Made by a program: the position numbers and the translations under genes. The notes beneath the pieces are model-generated. The model had not been told where the DNA came from. It worked only from the letters and a program-made list of their open reading frames with translations, and searched no databases. Of a stretch of 64,000 nt of DNA, positions 45,918-53,821 are shown one piece after another (positions within the stretch are counted from its first letter, which is position 1; each line of letters begins with the position of its first letter). The DNA comes from Micrococcales bacterium 73-13. Its GTDB lineage: Bacteria > Actinomycetota > Actinomycetes > Actinomycetales > Microbacteriaceae. The DNA lies in assembly GCA_001898855.1 (NCBI GenBank), contig MKVN01000022.1:9883-73882 (forward strand). The letters are read 5' to 3'.

Positions 45918-45975
45918 CCCGACCTCGCCGTCCATTCGCTTGACAGCCTGCGCGAGCAGCCGCGATCCTCCAAGC

Positions 45976-46779
45976 ATGCGTTCCACTGAACGAGACGACC
46001 GCGTCTCCATGATCGGCCGGGTCGACGCCGTGCTGGGGGCGCTCGGCAGCCGTGCGGAGACGCTCGGGATCTCGGAGATCGCCCGCCGCACCGGGATCCC
46101 GAAGGCGTCGACGTCCAGGATCGTGGCGGAGCTCGTCGAGCACGGCTACCTGGAGCGCACCGACGCCGGCGTCGGCCTGGGCCTGCGGCTCTTCGAGCTC
46201 GGCGGCCGCGCCGCCAGGCCGCTCGATCTGCGCCGCCTCGCACTGGTGCACATGGCGGATCTGCGGGGCGCGACCGGGCAGACGGTGCACCTGGCGGTGC
46301 TCGAGGGGACGGAGGTCGTCTACATCGAGATCCTCCGCTCGCGCTCGACCCCGCCGCTGCCGTCGCGGGTCGGCGGGCGGGTGCCCGCCTACGCGACCGG
46401 CGTCGGCAAGGCGCTGCTCGCCGACCTCCCGCCCGAGCGGCTCGAGGCGCATCTGCCCGAGCGGCTGGTGCCTGTCGGACCCCGGACCGTCACGGACCGC
46501 GAACTGCTCGTGCGCGAGCTCGCCGGGATCCGCGAGCGGCGCATCTCCTACGAGCGGGAGGAGTCGGCACCGGACGTCGGCTGCGCCGCCGTGGCGATCC
46601 GCGGGGAGGACGGCGAGCCGATCGCCGCGATCTCGGTGAGCGTGCACCTCGGCTCCGCCGACCTCGCGGCGCTCGGGATCGCCGTCGCCACGGCGGCGAA
46701 CGCCATCGCGCGGGAGGCCGCGAAGGCTCGCTACCGCGGCGCGGGCGGGTCGGCCCGGCGGCGTCGGCAGGCCCGCTAG
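45976..46779 (+). CDS. IclR-family transcriptional regulator
   Basis: This is the real part of the 315-aa track ORF (MRSTERDDRVSMIGRVDAVL...). HTH ISEIARRTGIPKASTSRIVAELVEHGYL and a C-terminal IclR effector domain. Divergent from the meta-cleavage operon across a 58-bp gap. Confidence 0.88.
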   Translation: MRSTERDDRVSMIGRVDAVLGALGSRAETLGISEIARRTGIPKASTSRIVAELVEHGYLERTDAGVGLGLRLFELGGRAARPLDLRRLALVHMADLRGATGQTVHLAVLEGTEVVYIEILRSRSTPPLPSRVGGRVPAYATGVGKALLADLPPERLEAHLPERLVPVGPRTVTDRELLVRELAGIRERRISYEREESAPDVGCAAVAIRGEDGEPIAAISVSVHLGSADLAALGIAVATAANAIAREAAKARYRGAGGSARRRRQAR

Positions 46780-48449
46780 GCCGAGGGCTCCGCGGCGCGG
46801 GCGGCCTCGGCGCGGCGCACGTGGTCCCGGGCGTGCTCGACGGCGGGCGGCAGCTCGTCGAACAGGTGCTTGTGGTGCCGCAGCGAGTCGAGGATGCCGA
46901 CCCGCTTCGCGAGCGCGAGATGGCGCGCCTGGATCCCCTTGAGCAGGACGGTGACGCCGCGCCGCTCCAGCGCCTGCACGAGCTCGGTGATGACGCGCGC
47001 GCCGGTCGCGTCGAGGGAGCCGATCTGGGACATCCGCACGACGACCACCTCGACCCCGCCGTGCACCCGCTCGACCTCGGCGGCGACCGCCTCGGCCGCG
47101 CCGAAGAACATCGCGCCGTCGAGCCGGAACAGCGCGATCCGCTCGTCGCCGGCCTGCGCCGGCCCGGGCAGCGGCTCGCGCGACGCGCTGCCGGATCGCG
47201 CGAGGGCGCGCAGGGCGAGCACCGCCGCGACGACGAGGCCGATGGCGACGGCGATGATGAGGTCGAACGCGATCGTGACGACCGCGGTGAGCCCGAACAC
47301 GAAGGCGTCGCCCCGGCTCGCGCGGACCACCGCGCGCACCGTGGAGGGCGTGACCATCCGCACCGAGGTGACCATCAGCACCCCGGAGAGCGCGGCGAGC
47401 GGGATCTCGGCGACGACGGATGCGGCGAGGTAGACGACCAGCAGCAGCACGACCGCGTGCGTCACGGAGGCGAGGCGGGTGCGACCCCCGCTGCGCACGT
47501 TGACCGCGGTGCGCGCGATCGCGCCGGTGGCCGGCATGCCGCCGAACAGCCCGGACGCCACCGAGGCGAGGCCCTGGCCGACCAGCTCCCGGTCGGCGTC
47601 GACGTGGCCGGTGTCGGCGAGGGTCGAGGCGACGCGGGCCGAGAGCAGCGACTCGATCGCCGCGAGCGCGGCGACCGTCAGCGCCGGGGCGATCAGCTGC
47701 TGCACGGTCGGCCAGTCCAGCGGCGGGACCGAGGGCGGCGGGAGCGCCGAGGGCAGCGCGCCGATCCGGTCCACCGGCGCCTGGGCGAGGAACGCGACGA
47801 CCGACACCAGGATGATGGCGATGATCGAGCCGGGCAGATGGCGGTGGAGGAACGGCGCGGCGACCATCACGGCGGCGACCGCGGCGACGAGGCCGAGCGT
47901 CCAGGGCAGCACCGCGAGGTCCGCCATCGAGATCGACTGGATCGCGGCGACCAGCGCGTTCGTGCTGTGGTCCAGGCCGTTGAAGTCGCCGACCCCGAGC
48001 GCGTTCGGCACCTGCTGCAGGAAGATGATGACCGCGATGCCGAGGGTGAAGCCCTCGATCACCGGCCACGGGATGATCGTCACCAGCCGGCCGAGCTTCA
48101 GGAGCCCGACCACCAGGACGATGACGCCGGCGAGCAGGCTCACCGTCGCGACGGCTCCCACCCCGTGCGCGGCGACGATCGGCGCGAGCACGACGACCAT
48201 CGCGCCGGTGGGCCCGGAGACCTGGACGTTCGAGCCGCCGAACACCGCGGCGACGGCCCCCGCGACGATCGCCGTCACCAGTCCGGCGGCGGCGCCGACC
48301 CCGGAGGAGACGCCGAACGCGAGCGCGAGCGGCAGCGCCACGATGCCGACCGTGAGGCCGGCGAGCAGGTCGAGGCGCCAGGTGCGCGGCAGCGCCCGGT
48401 AGTCGTCCGGGCCCGGCACGAGCGAGCGGACGTATCCGACGAGCCTCAT
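46776..48449 (-). CDS. SulP-family anion transporter with C-terminal STAS domain
   Basis: 557-aa ORF. LLAGLTVGIVALPLALAFGVSSG, GPTGAMVVV, multi-TM core, and a STAS-like tail (LFRLDGAMFFGAAEAV...). Confidence 0.92.
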   Translation of the reverse strand: MRLVGYVRSLVPGPDDYRALPRTWRLDLLAGLTVGIVALPLALAFGVSSGVGAAAGLVTAIVAGAVAAVFGGSNVQVSGPTGAMVVVLAPIVAAHGVGAVATVSLLAGVIVLVVGLLKLGRLVTIIPWPVIEGFTLGIAVIIFLQQVPNALGVGDFNGLDHSTNALVAAIQSISMADLAVLPWTLGLVAAVAAVMVAAPFLHRHLPGSIIAIILVSVVAFLAQAPVDRIGALPSALPPPSVPPLDWPTVQQLIAPALTVAALAAIESLLSARVASTLADTGHVDADRELVGQGLASVASGLFGGMPATGAIARTAVNVRSGGRTRLASVTHAVVLLLVVYLAASVVAEIPLAALSGVLMVTSVRMVTPSTVRAVVRASRGDAFVFGLTAVVTIAFDLIIAVAIGLVVAAVLALRALARSGSASREPLPGPAQAGDERIALFRLDGAMFFGAAEAVAAEVERVHGGVEVVVVRMSQIGSLDATGARVITELVQALERRGVTVLLKGIQARHLALAKRVGILDSLRHHKHLFDELPPAVEHARDHVRRAEAARAAEPSA

Positions 48450-48838
48450 CCCGGGACCTGCTGCAGCCCGATCTCGGGCAGCGACTCCGTCGCGCTCAGC
48501 CGGTCCTGCGACTCCTCGAGGGCGAGGACGAGCAGCCGTCTGGCGACCGTGAGCAGCTGGGCGACCTCGGGGAAGGCGAGCCGGTAGTAGACGAAGCTCG
48601 CCCTCCGCTCGGAGACGACCAGCCGATGCCGGCGGAGCACGGCGAGATGCTGCGAGAGGTGCGAGGGCTCGAGCCCGGTCGCACGCATCAGCTCCGTCAC
48701 GGGGACCTCGTCGCCGCCGGCGAGGACCTCGAGGATCCGCACCCGCAGCGGATGCGCGAGGCCCTTGAACATGTCGGCCTTGACCTGATAGAGCGGCCGG
48801 GCGTCCTGCCAGTCGAGCTCGTCGCTCTGCGGATTCAC
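48446..48838 (-). CDS. ArsR/SmtB-family transcriptional regulator (Cys-free)
   Basis: This is the real part of the 648-aa track ORF. GTG start at 48838. FKGLAHPLRVRILEVLAGGDEVPVTELMRATGLEPSHLSQHLAVLRRHRLV. ATGA overlap with the SulP gene. The start codon is uncertain. Confidence 0.8.
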   Translation of the reverse strand: MNPQSDELDWQDARPLYQVKADMFKGLAHPLRVRILEVLAGGDEVPVTELMRATGLEPSHLSQHLAVLRRHRLVVSERRASFVYYRLAFPEVAQLLTVARRLLVLALEESQDRLSATESLPEIGLQQVPG

Positions 48839-48906
48839 AAACTCATCATATCGAGGCGGACGAGCGTCGATCGCCGACGCGGGCCCGGTCGGCCGCCGCC
48901 GCGGGC

Positions 48907-50313
48907 TCAGCGGCGGATGACCGGGCGCAGCGCCGCGAAGCGACGTCCCCGGATCGCCGACCACCACACCCCGGCGCCGTACGCCAGGTCGTCGATCCGG
49001 CGCAGCAGCCCGAACCGCACCGGGTCGAGGTCGGGCTCGAGCCGGACGTACTCGACCGCGGTGTCGGCGACCGCCGCGACGATCGCCGCGGTGCGCACTC
49101 GTCGCGAGCACACCGCGGCGACCAGGGTCGCCGGCCACCAGTGCCGCAGCAGCAGGGCGGAGGTCTGACCCGCCGCCGCGACCAGGCCCTGCCCGGCCAG
49201 TCGCAGCGCGACCGGGCCGGGTCGGCGCACGCCGTCGAGCCGCCGGGCGATCCGACGCGCCGCGATCGCCGTCGCCACCGCCGCGACCGGCAGCGACCAG
49301 CGTCGCTGCGCGAGCAGCGCCGCCATCGTCGCCGCGCTCCACGGCGCGAGCACCGCGGGGGCGATCGCCTCCGGATGGCGCTCCCCCAGCGCGGCGGCGG
49401 AGGTGCCGTAGGAGAACTTCGTCGCGACGAAGGCGCGGAGGCCGGTGCGGTGCTCGTGCGCGACGGCGACCGCCGGCTCGTAGCGCACCCGATGGCCGGC
49501 CGCGACGAGCCGCCAGACCAGGTCGACGTCCTCGCCGACCCGCATCCCGGCGTCGAAGCCCGCGCCGAGCGCCTCGACCCGGCCGACGAGGCAGGTGCTC
49601 GGCACCCAGCCGACGCGGCTGCCCGGCCGCACCGACGCCGCCTCGGCGCCGAGATCGAGGGAGGAGCGCGCCGCCTCGTACCGGGCGACCCAGCCGCCGC
49701 CGGCGTCGAGCGGGACGATCCTCGGCGCGACGAGGGCGACCAGCGGATCCTGGAAGTGCCGCAGCAGCGCGGGGATCGCGCCGGGCCCGAGCACGACGTC
49801 GGAGTCGGCGAACACGACGAACGGCGTCTCGACGTGCGCGAGGCCCAGGTTCCTCGCCGCGGCGGGACCCCGGTTCCGCCGGCTCGCGACGAGGCGCACG
49901 CCGTGCGCGGCGGCGACGCGACGCAGCTCCGCCGGCCGACGGGAGCCGTCGTCGACGACGACGACCCGGTCGGGCGCCGTGTGCGCCGTGAGCGCGACGA
50001 GCAGGCGATCGAGCTGTGGCGCGCGGTCGCGGATCGGCACCACCACGGTGTGATCCGCGTCGAGATCGGGGAGCCGGTCGAGATCGGGGAGCCGGTCGAG
50101 CACGGGGTCCGCGAGACCGGCCTCCAGCAGCCGGTCGGCGAGCACCGCGCCGACCGGCGTCGCGGCGCTGATCCGCCGGCCGTGCAGCGCACGTCGCGCC
50201 TTCGCGGAGAGCCGCAGCAGCCGGGTGGGCGAGCCGCCGATGAGCGCGGCGCCGCCGTCGAGCACCTCGGTGCGCGGTCCGAGCTCGACGAGGAATCCGG
50301 GCGGCAGGCTCAT
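48907..50313 (-). CDS. mftF: Mycofactocin biosynthesis glycosyltransferase MftF
   Basis: 468-aa ORF. GT2 core (VVVPIRDR..., VVVVDDGS, ARNLG, FADSDV) followed by a TM-rich C-terminal region. ATGA overlap with mftE. The call rests on context within a complete mft gene set. Confidence 0.88.
   Translation of the reverse strand: MSLPPGFLVELGPRTEVLDGGAALIGGSPTRLLRLSAKARRALHGRRISAATPVGAVLADRLLEAGLADPVLDRLPDLDRLPDLDADHTVVVPIRDRAPQLDRLLVALTAHTAPDRVVVVDDGSRRPAELRRVAAAHGVRLVASRRNRGPAAARNLGLAHVETPFVVFADSDVVLGPGAIPALLRHFQDPLVALVAPRIVPLDAGGGWVARYEAARSSLDLGAEAASVRPGSRVGWVPSTCLVGRVEALGAGFDAGMRVGEDVDLVWRLVAAGHRVRYEPAVAVAHEHRTGLRAFVATKFSYGTSAAALGERHPEAIAPAVLAPWSAATMAALLAQRRWSLPVAAVATAIAARRIARRLDGVRRPGPVALRLAGQGLVAAAGQTSALLLRHWWPATLVAAVCSRRVRTAAIVAAVADTAVEYVRLEPDLDPVRFGLLRRIDDLAYGAGVWWSAIRGRRFAALRPVIRR
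50059..50100 (-). repeat. Perfect in-frame 18-bp tandem duplication inside mftF
   Basis: GTCGAGATCGGGGAGCCG occurs at 50059-50076 and 50077-50094, followed by a partial third copy GTCGAG. It encodes DRLPDL-DRLPDL. Confidence 0.9.
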
Positions 50314-51002
50314 CCGACGAACCCCCTCGCCCGCTCGGTCGCGCTCGCGACCATGGCGCGCAGGAGCGCGGCGCCCTCCGCGGCGCTCGCACCGGTCGGG
50401 TCGCCGAGCACGCCGTTCGGCGCGACCGCCCGGACGCCCTCCGCGCGCAGCCGCGGCAGCAGCCCGGCGATCGGTTCGACGGCGCCGGGCTCCGCCGCGT
50501 CGAGCGCGACGAGGTCCGGACGCAGCTGGAGCAGCAGCGAGGTCTCGGCGCGGCCGGCGTGCGCGTCCGCGCCCCGCACGCCGCAGGGCAGCCAGGCGGT
50601 GGGCCGGCCCTCGGACTCGAGCAGCGCGACGACCGCGTCGAGGGTCGGCGCGTTCCCGCCGTGGCCGTTGACGAGGAGGGTGCGCGGCGCCCAGGCGCTC
50701 GCCGAGCGGACCAGCTCGACGAGCAGGGCGCGCAGCGCCCCGTGCCCGATCGAGACGGTGCCGGGGAAGCCCTCGTGCTCGCCGCTGGCGCCGTACGGCA
50801 CGGTCGGGCCGAGCACCGCGCCGACCCCGTCCTCGACGAGCGCGGCGACGAGGCGCTCGGCGACCGCCGCGGCGACGATCGCGTCGGTCGCGAGCGGGAG
50901 ATGCGGGCCGTGCTGCTCCGTGGAGCCGACCGGCACGACCAGCAGGTCGACGCCGGCCGCCTCGGGCCAGCGGAGCTCGGCGAGCCGGCGCACCTTCGTC
51001 AC
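50310..51002 (-). CDS. mftE: Mycofactocin precursor peptide peptidase MftE (creatininase family)
   Basis: 230-aa ORF with a GTG start. VVPVGSTEQHGPHLPLATD, GASGEHEGFPGT, VNGHGGN and HAGRAETS (creatininase-family metal ligands). Flanked by mftD and mftF. Confidence 0.9.
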   Translation of the reverse strand: MTKVRRLAELRWPEAAGVDLLVVPVGSTEQHGPHLPLATDAIVAAAVAERLVAALVEDGVGAVLGPTVPYGASGEHEGFPGTVSIGHGALRALLVELVRSASAWAPRTLLVNGHGGNAPTLDAVVALLESEGRPTAWLPCGVRGADAHAGRAETSLLLQLRPDLVALDAAEPGAVEPIAGLLPRLRAEGVRAVAPNGVLGDPTGASAAEGAALLRAMVASATERARGFVG

Positions 51003-51012
51003 CCGGCCGACG

Positions 51013-52248
51013 CTACCCGGCCGCGCGCGCCCGCGGCTTCCGGACGGCGGCCGCGGGCGGCTCGGGCGCGGCGCCGAGCACCCGGCCGAAGTCCGCCGGG
51101 ATGTGGAGATCGTCGGGGCCGAGCTCCGCGATCGACTGGTGCCCGAGGCCGAGCAGCGCGGAGTCGAGGCCCATGCGCAGCAGGTCGAGCACGTTCTCCA
51201 CGCCGGTCTGGCCGTTCGCCGCGAGGCCCCAGAGATAGGCCCGGCCGATCATGACCGCGCGGGCGCCGAGCGCCAGCGCCTTCGCGACGTCGCCGCCGCG
51301 GCGCACGCCGCCGTCGAGGAGCACCTCGATCTGGTCGCCGACACGCGCGGCGACGGCGGGGAGGCAGCGGATCGAGGCGGGGGTCGTGTCGAGGTTGTTC
51401 CCGCCGTGGTTCGACACGGAGACCGCGTCGACGCCGGCGTCGACGGCGCGCAGCGCGTCGTCGATCCGGGTGACGCCCTTGAGCAGCAGCGGACCGCCCC
51501 ACTCCCGCTTGAGCCAGGCGATGTCCTCCCACTGCGGCGGCGGCGTCTGCATCCACTCGTAGTACGCGGCGAAGAACGTCGGGGCGGCCCCGGTCTGCGG
51601 GTCGCGGAGGTTCGGCGCCGTGAGGTCGGGGAGGCCGCCGCCGGTGACGAACCGCCACGCCCAGGGGAGGTGGGTGATCCCCTCCCATTTCATGTCCCAC
51701 ATCGCCTTGAAGCTCATCCGCTCGGGGATCTGCGGGCTGCCCCAGTCGCGGCCGATCGAGAACGACCAGTCCGTCGTGACGATGAGCGCCTTCGCCCCCG
51801 CGGCCCTGGCCCGGTCCATGCGCTGGGCCATCTGCTCGCGGGTGCCCATCCAGTACAGCTGGTAGAAGGTGTTCGGGTTCGCCGCGACGACGTCCTCCAC
51901 CGGCTTCGAGGCGAACGAGGACAGACCCATGATCGTGCCGCGGTTGGCCGCCGCACGGGCCACGGCGACCTCGCCGTCCGGGTGCACCGCCTGCACGCCG
52001 GTCGGCGAGATCAGCACGGGCAGCGAGATCGGGACTCCGAGGACCGTCGTCCCGAGCTGGCGGTCAGGGCGATGCCCGGCGACGTGCGGCGCGAACTGGA
52101 GCTCCGCGAACGCGTTCATGTTGTCCTCGGGCGTGCGCCCGCGCTCGCTGCCGGCCACGAGGGCCGCGTAGACCGACGGCGGCAGGCGGCGCCGGGCCCG
52201 CCGCTGCGCCTCCAGGACGGTCTCGAACCACGGGTTCCGCTTCGCCAC
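51013..52248 (-). CDS. mftD: Pre-mycofactocin synthase MftD (FMN-dependent alpha-hydroxy-acid oxidase family)
   Basis: Start refined to GTG 52248 (VAKRNPWFETVLEAQRRARRRLPPSVY...), with GAGGAG 6 nt upstream. SNHGGNNLD, DGGVRRGGDV, GARAVMIGRAYLWGL. Confidence 0.9.
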   Translation of the reverse strand: MAKRNPWFETVLEAQRRARRRLPPSVYAALVAGSERGRTPEDNMNAFAELQFAPHVAGHRPDRQLGTTVLGVPISLPVLISPTGVQAVHPDGEVAVARAAANRGTIMGLSSFASKPVEDVVAANPNTFYQLYWMGTREQMAQRMDRARAAGAKALIVTTDWSFSIGRDWGSPQIPERMSFKAMWDMKWEGITHLPWAWRFVTGGGLPDLTAPNLRDPQTGAAPTFFAAYYEWMQTPPPQWEDIAWLKREWGGPLLLKGVTRIDDALRAVDAGVDAVSVSNHGGNNLDTTPASIRCLPAVAARVGDQIEVLLDGGVRRGGDVAKALALGARAVMIGRAYLWGLAANGQTGVENVLDLLRMGLDSALLGLGHQSIAELGPDDLHIPADFGRVLGAAPEPPAAAVRKPRARAAG

Positions 52249-52290
52249 GACGACTCCTCTGCTCCAGGGCTTCGTCGAGTCTACGCGGTT

Positions 52291-52311
52291 ATGTGGCACT
52301 CGATGCCACAT
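52291..52311. promoter_or_regulatory. 21-bp perfect palindrome upstream of mftD; candidate second MftR operator
   Basis: ATGTGGCA-CTCGA-TGCCACAT. The core 52294-52308 is the exact reverse complement of 60766-60780 in the mftR/mftA intergenic region. It lies 43 nt upstream of the mftD GTG. A TAGACT -10-like hexamer on the minus strand is at 52278-52283. Confidence 0.6.
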
Positions 52312-52316
52312 TTATC

Positions 52317-53126
52317 TCAGTAGCTGCTCAGACCTCCGTCGACCACGAACGCGCCGCCGGTCGCCCACTTCGACTCGTCCGAGGCGAGGTAGACCATCAG
52401 GTTGGAGATCTCGCTCGGATCGATGAGCCCTGGCATCCACTTCGTGATCATCCCGTAGAGGTTCGGGTTCTCCTCGCGTCCCGGCTCGAAGCCGTCGCGC
52501 GCACCGACGCCCATCGGGGTGTCGACGCTGCCGGGATGCACGGTGTTGACGCGGATCCCGTCCTTGGCCAGCTCCATCGCGAGCGACTTCGCCAGGGCGA
52601 CCACGCCGAACTTCGACACGTTGTAGGCCATGTTGAACGGGCCCGCCTTGAGGCCGTTCGCCGAGCTGGTCATGATGATCGACCCGCCCCCGGCCGCGAG
52701 CAGCCCGTCGACGCCGGCGAGCACGGTGTTGTAGACCCCGGTGAGGTTGACGTCGAGGGTCGTCTGCCAGATCTCCGGGGTCTGCGCGTGCCAGGGACCG
52801 GTGATGTCGATGCCGGCGTTCGCGATGATCACGTCGAGCCGCCCGAGCCGGGCGACCGCGTCCGACACGAAGGCCTTCATCCCGGCGAGGTCGCGCACGT
52901 CGATCGCGCCGGCGACGATCCGGCGGCCGAGCGACTCGACCTGCCGGACCGTCTCCGCGAGCTCCCCGGCCGAGGCGGTCGGGTAGTTCATGTGCTCGAC
53001 CTGCGCCGGCGCGTCGGTCACGATGACGTCCGCGCCCTCCTCGGCCAGACGCACCGCGTGCGCCCGTCCCTGGCCGCGGCCCGCGCCCGTGATGAACGCG
53101 ACCTTGCCCTCCAGCCGACCGGGCAT
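52317..53126 (-). CDS. Mycofactocin-coupled SDR-family oxidoreductase (carveol dehydrogenase-like)
   Basis: Start refined to ATG 53126 (MPGRLEGKVAFITGAGRGQGRAHAVRLAEEGADVI...), overlapping the VOC gene stop (ATGA). The GKVAFITGA-RGQGR-HA N terminus and the NYP-A-ELAETVRQVE-LGRR insert are typical of the mycofactocin-associated SDR subfamily. Catalytic YNVSK. Confidence 0.85.
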   Translation of the reverse strand: MPGRLEGKVAFITGAGRGQGRAHAVRLAEEGADVIVTDAPAQVEHMNYPTASAGELAETVRQVESLGRRIVAGAIDVRDLAGMKAFVSDAVARLGRLDVIIANAGIDITGPWHAQTPEIWQTTLDVNLTGVYNTVLAGVDGLLAAGGGSIIMTSSANGLKAGPFNMAYNVSKFGVVALAKSLAMELAKDGIRVNTVHPGSVDTPMGVGARDGFEPGREENPNLYGMITKWMPGLIDPSEISNLMVYLASDESKWATGGAFVVDGGLSSY

Positions 53127-53632
53127 CACTGCGCGTCCGTGTAGCGCACCAGCTCGAGCTGGTTCCCCCACGGGTCGAGCACGTAGTTGACCTCGATGCC
53201 CGGCCAGGCGCCGGACTCGTCCTCGCCGGCGGGGACCAGGATCGGCTGCGCGGCCTCGGTGCCGCCGTGGGCGAGGATCTGCTCGACGGCCTTCGGGATG
53301 TCGGAGACGACGAAGGCGATGTGGTGCCCGCCGACGTCGTTGTTCCTCGGCGCCGAGGGGTTGCCCGCCGGACGCAGGTACTCGAAGAACTCGATCGGCC
53401 GGCCGTCGCCGAAGCCGACGAACGCGATGTTGTAGAGCGCGTCCGGGACTGCGACGTGCGTGCCGGTCCAGTCCTCGTCGCCCTCGGACATCGCGCGCGA
53501 GTCGAACGGGCCGAGGCGGTAGAGCACGCGGCCGCCGAGGGCCTTCGTGTAGAACTCGATCGCGGCCTCGAGGTCGGGCACGGTGAGCCCGATGTGGTCG
53601 ATGGCTCCGATGAGCGGAGGAGCTGCAGTCAC
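53126..53632 (-). CDS. VOC (glyoxalase/bleomycin resistance/dioxygenase) family protein
   Basis: This is the real part of the 211-aa track ORF. GTG at 53632 (VTAAPPLIGAIDHIGLTVPDLEAAIEFYTKALGG...). HHIAF and DPWGNQLELV. The start codon is uncertain. Confidence 0.75.
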   Translation of the reverse strand: MTAAPPLIGAIDHIGLTVPDLEAAIEFYTKALGGRVLYRLGPFDSRAMSEGDEDWTGTHVAVPDALYNIAFVGFGDGRPIEFFEYLRPAGNPSAPRNNDVGGHHIAFVVSDIPKAVEQILAHGGTEAAQPILVPAGEDESGAWPGIEVNYVLDPWGNQLELVRYTDAQ

Positions 53633-53720
53633 GCGAGTGTCGCCTTTCTCGTCTCGCCGGTCTCGGCAGCGCCGATCGCGGCAGTGACGCCCCCGCGGGT
53701 CCGCGCGGACGATGCCCGCC

Positions 53721-53770
53721 ATGTTACAGGAAGATGACGCAGTGTTCATTTTTCTTGCCAATGTTCATTT
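53721..53770. promoter_or_regulatory. AT-rich control region with three phased (A/G)TGTT(A/C)A repeats between divergent operons
   Basis: ATGTTACA at 53721, GTGTTCAT at 53742 and ATGTTCAT at 53761, spaced 21 and 19 bp apart. The 9-mer TGTTCATTT is exactly repeated at 53743-53751 and 53762-53770. AATGTTCATT is a near-palindrome (AATG/CATT). Confidence 0.4.
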
Positions 53771-53821
53771 ATGCGTCTAGCGTGTCCGCAGCGTCCCGCT
53801 ATCCATCGAAAGGAAGTCCCA

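Noticed and set aside
44764-48069. 1101-aa minus-strand ORF spanning the acetaldehyde dehydrogenase to SulP region
   Set aside because: It crosses five recognisable genes on both strands in the wrong frame, and the sequence is low-complexity Arg/Pro/Gly.
49141-52323. 1060-aa plus-strand ORF antisense to mftF, mftE and mftD
   Set aside because: It is antisense to three genes with clear family motifs. The translation is Arg/Gly/Asp-rich with no recognisable domain.
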